64,000 nt of DNA, taken from Dehalococcoidia bacterium (lineage in GTDB: Bacteria; Chloroflexota; Dehalococcoidia; UBA2979). The notes under the pieces were generated by a model. That model had not been told where the DNA came from. It worked only from the letters and a program-made list of their open reading frames with translations, and did no database searches. The stretch spans positions 96,001 through 160,000 of the forward strand of contig OZ253555.1 in NCBI GenBank assembly GCA_965262725.1, written 5' to 3'. The position numbers and the translations under genes were made by a program. Of the stretch, positions 56,972 to 64,000 are shown in pieces (within the stretch, counting starts at the first letter, position 1; the number at the start of each line of letters is the position of its first letter).

Positions 56972-57658
56972 CTAGGCCGGAATCAGGTAGACGACCGTGA
57001 AGATCACGATCCAGACGATGTCGACGAAGTGCCAGTAGAGGCCGGCCGTCTCCACATGGAAGCCGGCCTCGGGCCCGAGGCCCCTCCCTCGGAACGCGCC
57101 CACGAGCATCGAGCCCAGGATCACCACGCCGACGGAGACGTGGGCTCCGTGGAAGCCCGTGAGCACGAAGAACGATGCTCCGAACTGGTTGGTCCCGAGG
57201 TTCAGCCCCTCCTGCCCGAAGGTGTAGAACTCGTAGGCCTGGTAGCCCAGGAAGGTCAGCCCCAGCGCGATCGTCGCCGCGAGAGAGAGCTGCATCATCA
57301 CGGGTCGCGCGTGCCGCGCACCGAACACGGCCAGCGCCATCGTGACCGAACTCATCAGCAGCACGAAGGTGCTCTGCGAGGTGATCGGGATGTCGAGGAC
57401 ACCCTGGTAGCTGACACCGTCGACGGTGCGGTCGGATGGGAACCACCCCGTCACCACGGCGCGGCCGCCCTCGAGGTGCGTGTGAGCGTCGATGAAGGAC
57501 CCGGGTGCGGGGGGAATGTCACCCTTGAAGATGAGGTACGTGGAGATCAGAGCCCCGAAGAAGAGGCACTCCGAGCCCAGGAACATCCACATCAGGAGCT
57601 TCCGGTTGTCGATCCCGGTGGAGAGGTGGTGGAGGACGCTGCGCTGAGCTACGGCCAC
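56972..57658 (-). CDS. ctaE: Cytochrome c oxidase subunit III
   Basis: WMFLGSECLFF, LTGFHGAHV, GLYWHFVDIVW. Confidence 0.95.
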   Translation of the reverse strand: MAVAQRSVLHHLSTGIDNRKLLMWMFLGSECLFFGALISTYLIFKGDIPPAPGSFIDAHTHLEGGRAVVTGWFPSDRTVDGVSYQGVLDIPITSQSTFVLLMSSVTMALAVFGARHARPVMMQLSLAATIALGLTFLGYQAYEFYTFGQEGLNLGTNQFGASFFVLTGFHGAHVSVGVVILGSMLVGAFRGRGLGPEAGFHVETAGLYWHFVDIVWIVIFTVVYLIPA

Positions 57659-57671
57659 GATGCGACCTCGC

Positions 57672-59453
57672 CTAGTCCGTGGGTTCCAGGACCCAGCCCC
57701 AGATTCCGTAGATGATCACCGCCACGCCGAGCGCGGTCACCGCGAGATGGGAGAGCGGTCCGACGCCGAGCATGAGCACGCCCGCGGACACGATGAGCGG
57801 GTAGTACGACGGCGGCGGCATGTGAATGTGTGTCCCCGCGTCTCCCGCCGGCTGGCTCAGGCCGTGATCGCGGTCGTGCCACAGCGGGTCGCGCGCGCGG
57901 ACCTCGGGAATCGCGTCGAAGTCGTGTTCGGGCGGCGGCGACGACGTGGCCCACTCCAGGCCGGATGCATCCCAGGGATTCCAGGAGGCGGTCTTCGGGC
58001 GCTTCATGGTGCGCGCGACGTTGACGATGAAGACCAGCACTCCGAGCGCGAGCACGAACGAGCCCAGCGAGGCGACGAGGTTCCAGAACTCCCAGTCGAG
58101 GCCGTCGTCGTAGGTGTAGATGCGCCGCGGCATCCCGGCCACGCCGAGGAAGTGCATCGGGAAGAAGGTGAGGTTGAGGCCGACGAACATCAGCCAGAAG
58201 TTGAGCTTGCCGAGACCCTCGCCGAGGAGGCGGCCGGTGATCTTGGGCCACCAGTAGTAGAGGCCAGCGAAGAGACCGACGATCGCGCCGCCGACGAGCA
58301 CGTAGTGAAGGTGCGCGACGATGAAGTACGTGTCCTGCTGCTGCTGGTCCACGGGCGGTGAGGCGTGCATGACGCCGGAGATTCCGCCGATGGTGAAGAG
58401 CACGATGAACGAGACGGCGAAGTACATGGCCGTCGTGAAGCGGATGCTTCCGCCCCACATCGTGCCGAGCCAGTTGAAGATCTTGATGCCGGTCGGGATC
58501 CCGATGATCATCGTGCTCGTGGCGAAGACGACGCGCGGCACGGCTCCCAGACCGGTCGTGAACATGTGATGACTCCACACGGCCCATCCCAGGAACCCGA
58601 TCGCGATACCGGCGAAGACCATCGCCGGGTAGCCGAAGAGCGGCTTGCGCGAGAAGGTCGGGAGTACCTCCGAGACGATTCCCATCGCCGGCAGGATCAG
58701 GATGTAGACCTCCGGGTGGCCGAATATCCAGAAGAGATGCTGCCAGAGGATCGGATCCCCGCCGCCGCTGGGAAGGAAGAAGCTCGTGTCGTAGTTGCGG
58801 TCGAAGAGCAGCTGGATCAACGCGACCGTCAGCACCGGCAGCGCGAGTATGAGGAGGAATGCCACCACGAGCGTCATCCAGGCGAAGACCGGCAACCGCA
58901 TCATGATCATGCCCGGCGCCCGCATGTTGATGATCGTGACGGCGAAGTTGAGCGCGGCGGCGAGCGACGACACGCCGAGGATCAGCAGCCCGATCACGTA
59001 GTAGTTCATCCCGCTGCCGGAGTAGAGGCTCTCGTTGAGAGGGGCGTAGGCGAACCAGCCGGTGTCCGGGGCGCCGCCGAGGAAGAAGCTGCTGGTCAGG
59101 AGGATCCCGCCTGAGAGGAAGATCCAGTAGGAGAGCGCGTTCAGCCTGGGGAACGCGACGTCGCGCGCGCCGATCATCAGCGGGATCAGGAAGTTGAAGA
59201 ACGCCGCTCCCAGCGGCATCACCGCCAGGAAGATCATCGTCAGCGCGTGCATCGTGAACAGCTGGTTGTACAGGTCGGGGTCGACGACCCCACCGTTCGG
59301 GACCGCCAGCTGCGCCCGGATGAGGAGCGCCTCCACGCCCCCCATCAGGAAGAAGAGGAACGCCGTCACTCCGTACAGCACGCCGATGCGCTTGTGATCG
59401 ACGGTCGTGAGCCACGACCACAGCACGCCCCGGGCGGCTGCAGGCTGAGACAA
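57672..59453 (-). CDS. ctaD: Cytochrome c oxidase subunit I (A1 type)
   Basis: DHKRIG, FGHPEVY, VWSHHM, AHLHY, GMPRR; start uncertain by a few codons. Confidence 0.96.
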   Translation of the reverse strand: MSQPAAARGVLWSWLTTVDHKRIGVLYGVTAFLFFLMGGVEALLIRAQLAVPNGGVVDPDLYNQLFTMHALTMIFLAVMPLGAAFFNFLIPLMIGARDVAFPRLNALSYWIFLSGGILLTSSFFLGGAPDTGWFAYAPLNESLYSGSGMNYYVIGLLILGVSSLAAALNFAVTIINMRAPGMIMMRLPVFAWMTLVVAFLLILALPVLTVALIQLLFDRNYDTSFFLPSGGGDPILWQHLFWIFGHPEVYILILPAMGIVSEVLPTFSRKPLFGYPAMVFAGIAIGFLGWAVWSHHMFTTGLGAVPRVVFATSTMIIGIPTGIKIFNWLGTMWGGSIRFTTAMYFAVSFIVLFTIGGISGVMHASPPVDQQQQDTYFIVAHLHYVLVGGAIVGLFAGLYYWWPKITGRLLGEGLGKLNFWLMFVGLNLTFFPMHFLGVAGMPRRIYTYDDGLDWEFWNLVASLGSFVLALGVLVFIVNVARTMKRPKTASWNPWDASGLEWATSSPPPEHDFDAIPEVRARDPLWHDRDHGLSQPAGDAGTHIHMPPPSYYPLIVSAGVLMLGVGPLSHLAVTALGVAVIIYGIWGWVLEPTD

Positions 59454-59514
59454 CGTGCCGACAAGTGTTGCGATCGTCGTCTCCCCTCCGAGTCGGGCCG
59501 CCCCGGGCGCGCCC

Positions 59515-60606
59515 CTACTTCAGCTCGAGCAGATAGGCGGCGATCGCCCGGATTTGCTCGGGCGTCAGGACCCGCTCGAAGGCGGGCATGAACCGAGCTG
59601 CGTTGTCCAGCGAGTCGACGCCGGGCTTCACGCGGGTGGGATTGCTGATCCAGGCGGCCAGGCTCTCGAGGTCCGTGTCCAGGATCCCGGCCGCGATCGT
59701 GAGGCGCGATCCGACGTGCGTGAGGTTGGGACCGATCACCGCCTTCGCGTCGGTGCCGCCCACGGTGTGGCAGGTCGCGCAGCCGAGCACGGCGGGTCCC
59801 TCCGCAACAGGCCAGACCCGCTTCATGAAGAGCTCCTCGCCCTCCAGCGCCTGCGCGCTGGCCGGAGCCGCGCCGTCCTGGGTCTCACTCGCGACCCACG
59901 CGGAGAAGTCCTCGGGGGTGTCCACGAAGACGCGGAAGCGCATGTTGGCGTGCGCCATCCCGCAGAACTCGGCGCACTGGCCGAGATAGGGCTCCTCGCG
60001 CGCGGCGTCGAGGTCGGGCGTGAACCAGAGCTCGTTCACGTGCCCCGGGACCATATCGACCTTGCCCGCGAGTCGCGGCACCCAGAAGGAGTGGATCACA
60101 TCCTCCGAGAAGAGGTTGAACGAGACCGGGCGGCCGGCGGGGATGTGCAGCTCGTTGGCCGTGACCAGGTCATCGGACGCGCCGTCGCCGTCCAGGTCAT
60201 AGCGGAACTCGAACCACCACTGGCGTCCGACGGCGTCGACCCGGAGAGCGCCGTCCGGGGCGGGGCCGCTGCTCTCGGCGACGACTCGCCACGTCGGCAC
60301 CAGGATGACGGCCACGAGTACGACCGGGACCAGCGTCCAGAACAGCTCGAGGCGGACGTTGCCGCGGAACTGACTCGCCACGCGGCCGGCACGCTCCCGG
60401 TAACGGATGGAGATGCCGACGGTGAGTGCGAGGATGGCGATGAAGACCGCCATGCCGAGCCAGAAGACGAGCACATAGATGGAGTGGATGTCGCTCGCGA
60501 GGTCCGACCGCGGATCGACCGTCGTCTGGGGCGCGCTGCACGCCGTGAGCGCGGCGAGGGAAACGACGGAGGGAAGAAGGAGAATGCCGCGGGAGCGTCT
60601 CGCCAT
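59515..60606 (-). CDS. ctaC: Cytochrome c oxidase subunit II with fused cytochrome c (caa3 type)
   Basis: LTAC lipobox, QWWFEF, DVIHSFWVP, CAEFCGMAHANM (CuA), CATCH heme motif. Confidence 0.95.
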   Translation of the reverse strand: MARRSRGILLLPSVVSLAALTACSAPQTTVDPRSDLASDIHSIYVLVFWLGMAVFIAILALTVGISIRYRERAGRVASQFRGNVRLELFWTLVPVVLVAVILVPTWRVVAESSGPAPDGALRVDAVGRQWWFEFRYDLDGDGASDDLVTANELHIPAGRPVSFNLFSEDVIHSFWVPRLAGKVDMVPGHVNELWFTPDLDAAREEPYLGQCAEFCGMAHANMRFRVFVDTPEDFSAWVASETQDGAAPASAQALEGEELFMKRVWPVAEGPAVLGCATCHTVGGTDAKAVIGPNLTHVGSRLTIAAGILDTDLESLAAWISNPTRVKPGVDSLDNAARFMPAFERVLTPEQIRAIAAYLLELK

Positions 60607-60734
60607 TGCCCCCGTGCTCCGTTACCAACCCGACGCAGGGCATCGGCACCCCGGCGGCACGCTCGGACTAAGCGCGGCGGGCCCGTACACGGCCGCCCTG
60701 GTGCCTGTCCGTGTAGCGGCTCGGCTCGGCTCGG

Positions 60735-61310
60735 CTAGTGGACGGTGAAGGCCACCCTCATGCCCTCGCCGTAGTGGCTCTCCAGGTTTCCTGTCTCCTC
60801 GACGATGTTGCAGATCAGTACGTAGTTGCCGGCTTCCAAGTGGAACACGTGCGACGCCGAGCTTGCGGGCGCGAACTCCTCGATCTCGCCGACGAGTTCG
60901 ATGTCGTCCTCGGGCACGGAACCGTCATGGATGGTCGGCAGGGCGTCGGGCGCGAGGTCCGTGCGGATGACGACGAGCTCGTGCGGGTGTTCCGGCCCCA
61001 GGTTGTCGACGAGGAAGTAGATATCGCCCGCCTCGACGCTGGTGACGGACGGCTCAAGCGTCCACTCGGCGAGGGAGACGCGGACTTCGGTCACTCCTTC
61101 GGGCTTCGGGTGCACGACGCCCGGCGCGGTGTCATCGTGCTCGTTCCCGTGGTCATCGGACGCCTCGGACGACATCTCCATCTCGGTGTGTTCGTCCGCT
61201 TCGTCGTCGCCGTCGCCGCAAGCGGACAGGAGCACCGCAAGAGCCGCCACCGCTGCAAGTAGGGCGTACATCCACCTGTGGTGCAGTAGCGACCAGCATA
61301 GAGTAGTCAT
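60735..61310 (-). CDS. Cupredoxin (blue copper) lipoprotein
   Basis: LSAC lipobox, acidic/His linker, HPHELVV and CNI..SHY.EGM type-1 Cu ligands; GGAGGAG RBS. Confidence 0.85.
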   Translation of the reverse strand: MTTLCWSLLHHRWMYALLAAVAALAVLLSACGDGDDEADEHTEMEMSSEASDDHGNEHDDTAPGVVHPKPEGVTEVRVSLAEWTLEPSVTSVEAGDIYFLVDNLGPEHPHELVVIRTDLAPDALPTIHDGSVPEDDIELVGEIEEFAPASSASHVFHLEAGNYVLICNIVEETGNLESHYGEGMRVAFTVH

Positions 61311-61755
61311 GATGCGCTCCTCCACGTACGTAATTATCCTACACACTGCCCGGAAGGACTTCAATCGCAATGCACCCGCTGTGCCGCCTCACGGGCCTGT
61401 GTGTTCCGAGCCAGATCGGCTACCCGGTGCACGTGCTCCGGTCCGTCTGGGCGGCGGCGAGTGAGGGCGCAGGGCCCGATGGACGCGACCCGCATTGCCA
61501 CATGCGGGCCGAGGGCCGAGCGCACCCTGGATGAACCGCTGTCGCGTCCACGGCTCGGCGAGGCGCACCCCTCGCCACCGCGGATCACCGGTCGGCGTCC
61601 GGCGGGCACGCTGGAGGGATGCTCGTCCGCGCCGTAGCCTGAGAGGGGGACGGAGGCTCCTGCGCGCATCGGAAGCGTTCGCGACGACGGTCGACCGTCG
61701 TCGCCGCGAGAGGGCTATCGCCGGGGATCGAGGTCTCCGGGGGAGGGGCGGGACC

Positions 61756-62271
61756 ATGGACGTCCGGGATCTCATCACCGACGGACTCGAGCGTGGCCAC
61801 GGCATCATCCGGCGCGCGCTGCAGAACGCCACGCCGGAGCTGATGGCGTACCAGCCGGCGTCGGGCTCGAACCCGGTCGGCTGGCTCGCCTGGCACGTGA
61901 CGCGCGTCCAGGACCACCACATCGCCGGGCTCTCCGGTGTGGGGCAGGCGTGGATCGAGGACGGCTGGCACGAGCGCTTCGGGATGGCCGCGGAGAGCGA
62001 GGACTACGGCACCGGCCACACGCCGGAGCAGATGGTGGGCGTCGGCTCGCCGGATGCGCAGCTGCTGCTCGACTACGACGACGCGGTGTGGGCGCGCACC
62101 ACGGCCTACGTCGGCACGCTGACGGCGGAGGAGCTCGACCGCGAGCTCGACGAGCCGCAGTACCGGCCGCTGCCGACGGTCGCGGTGCGGCTGATGAGCC
62201 TCATCCACCACAGCGCGCACCACAGCGGCCAGATCGACTATCTGCGCGGTCTCGCCGGCCAGCCCCGCTGA
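61756..62271 (+). CDS. DinB/YfiT-family protein
   Basis: NPVGWLAWH..RVQD, HHSAHHSGQIDYLRG. Confidence 0.9.
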   Translation: MDVRDLITDGLERGHGIIRRALQNATPELMAYQPASGSNPVGWLAWHVTRVQDHHIAGLSGVGQAWIEDGWHERFGMAAESEDYGTGHTPEQMVGVGSPDAQLLLDYDDAVWARTTAYVGTLTAEELDRELDEPQYRPLPTVAVRLMSLIHHSAHHSGQIDYLRGLAGQPR

Positions 62272-62350
62272 GGCGCGCCCGCGGCGTCATCACGGGTGTA
62301 GAGTGGCGGCCGCCGCTCGTGCTGGAGGCGGCTGCTGAGCGAGGTGCGAC

Positions 62351-64000
62351 GTGACGATCGGTGAGTATCGGGTCCGGGATCCTGAGGCCGTGAGCGCGGA
62401 CGGGGAGCTCACCGATCAGGCGGACGGCGCCGAGCTCTTCGTCGCCCAGCTCGTCGCCGGTGGCGTCGAGGCCCTCTACATCAACTCCGGCACCGACACC
62501 TTCCCCGTGCAGGAGGCGATCGCCCGCCGGCAGGCGCTCGGGCTGCCCGTGCCGCGCGTCGTGCTCTGCCTCGACGAGGCGGTGGCCGCCGCCGCCGCGC
62601 ACGGGCACTACGCGGTCACCGGGCGGCCGCAGGCCGTGCTCGTCCACGTCGACGTCGGGACGCAGCAGATAGGCGGCGCGCTGCACAACGCGCAGCGCGG
62701 CGGCGCCGCGATGCTGATCTGCGCCGGCCGCTCCCCCTACACCATCGACCAGGGCGTGCCGGGCGGCCGCTCCTCGCCGATCCACTGGCAGCAGGAGCAG
62801 CTCGACCAGCACGGGATCGTGCGCAACTACACGAAGTGGGACTACCAGCCGACCCGCGCGAGCATGGTGGCTGCCGCCGTGCAGCGCGGGCTCCAGGTAG
62901 CGGCGAGCGCGCCGCCCGGCCCGACCTACCTCTCGCTCCCGCGCGAGGTGCTGCTCGAGCGGCCGGAGGAGCCCGCGCTCGTCGCGCCGGATCGCCACGC
63001 GCCCGTCCCCGCGCCGGGGCCGCGGCCGGAGCTGATCGCGCAGGCGGCCGCCCGGCTCGCCGCCAGCGAGCGGCCGCTTCTGCTCACGGCGATGGCCGGA
63101 CGCGACCCGGACGCCGTCGCCCCGCTCACAGAGCTCGCCGAGGCGCTGGGCGCCCCCGTCTACGCCAACGGCTTCCGGCTCTGCATTCCTACGACGCACC
63201 CGCTCTTCGCCGGCACGCAGGCGCGGGAGGCGGTGGCGGAGGCGGACGTGATCCTCGCCGTCGACACGCTCGTGCCCTACATCCCGCAGGAGGTGCGGCC
63301 CGCCGCCGGCGCGACCGTGATCGAGATCGACGTCGATCCGCTGAAGCGGACGGTGCCGCTCACCGGCTTCCCCGTCGACATCGCGATCCAGGCCGACCCC
63401 GCGCTCGCCCTGCGCGAGCTGCTCCGGGCGCTGCGGGAGGCGAGGACGCCGGATCAGGCGGCGCGCGCCGCCGCCAGGGGGCAGGCGGTGGAGGCGGCGA
63501 ACGCCGAGCGGCGACGTGACTGGCGGGAAGCGGCGGAGCAGAAGGAGCTTCAGGTGCCGCTCGCGGCGGATCACGTCGTGGCGGTCATGGGCGAGTTCAT
63601 CGACGAGAGCTGGACCGTCCTCGACGAGGCGGTCGGCAACTCGCCGTGGGTCTCGCGGATGCTGAGCCGCACGAGGCCCGGCTCGCATTTCAAGAGCGCC
63701 GGATCCTCGCTCGGCTGGGCGCTCGGCGCCGCGGTCGGGGTGAAGGTGGCCGAGCCCGAGCGCCGCGTCATCGCCCTCGTCGGCGACGGCACCTTCGTCT
63801 ACGGCTGCCCGACGGCGGCGCTGTGGGCCGCGGATGTGCAGGATGCGCCGTTCCTGACTCTCATCTTTAACAACCGCATGCACAACGCCACCAGGAATGC
63901 GCTGCGCGGCGCCTTCCCGGAGAGCTACGCGCAGGCGACCGAGAACTGGCCCGGGATACGTATCGATCCGCCGCCGGACTACGCCGCGCTGGCGCGCGCC
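62351..64000 (+). CDS. Thiamine pyrophosphate-dependent enzyme (acetolactate synthase-like), runs off window
   Basis: Open frame from GTG 62351: INSGTD..QE, DEAVAAAAAHG, HVDVGT, SLGWALGAA, VGDG..FNN TPP motif. Confidence 0.9.
   Translation, partial: MTIGEYRVRDPEAVSADGELTDQADGAELFVAQLVAGGVEALYINSGTDTFPVQEAIARRQALGLPVPRVVLCLDEAVAAAAAHGHYAVTGRPQAVLVHVDVGTQQIGGALHNAQRGGAAMLICAGRSPYTIDQGVPGGRSSPIHWQQEQLDQHGIVRNYTKWDYQPTRASMVAAAVQRGLQVAASAPPGPTYLSLPREVLLERPEEPALVAPDRHAPVPAPGPRPELIAQAAARLAASERPLLLTAMAGRDPDAVAPLTELAEALGAPVYANGFRLCIPTTHPLFAGTQAREAVAEADVILAVDTLVPYIPQEVRPAAGATVIEIDVDPLKRTVPLTGFPVDIAIQADPALALRELLRALREARTPDQAARAAARGQAVEAANAERRRDWREAAEQKELQVPLAADHVVAVMGEFIDESWTVLDEAVGNSPWVSRMLSRTRPGSHFKSAGSSLGWALGAAVGVKVAEPERRVIALVGDGTFVYGCPTAALWAADVQDAPFLTLIFNNRMHNATRNALRGAFPESYAQATENWPGIRIDPPPDYAALARA

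Overview
High-GC bacterial window. A Chloroflexota (Dehalococcoidia/SAR202-like) host-associated or marine organism is plausible from the GAAC-N4-GTTC SOS boxes and gene content, but this is inference. The left ~33 kb is accessory DNA. It holds a 2300-aa surface protein (cadherin-like, spondin, arylsulfotransferase, Calx-beta and propeller domains) bracketed by a 64-bp direct repeat, a dense toxin-antitoxin cluster, and about ten short remnants of defence/mobile genes. It also holds an MMPL gene split by IS256 and one IS110 nested inside another IS110. The outer element's bridge-RNA guides, CT core and circle-junction promoter can be read directly from the sequence, and the inner element's left guides match its insertion site and its own end. 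The middle carries a split SOS mutagenesis cassette (dnaE2 followed directly by a tyrosine integrase; imuB-DUF6504), an ECF sigma/VWA anti-sigma pair and a low-GC DUF5131 + TcmP operon. dnaE2, imuB and the DUF5131 operon each have a LexA box. The right part has an IS5, catabolic enzymes, a caa3-type oxidase operon with a cupredoxin, a DinB protein and a partial TPP enzyme. All family calls come from motifs recognised by eye; no database searches were run.
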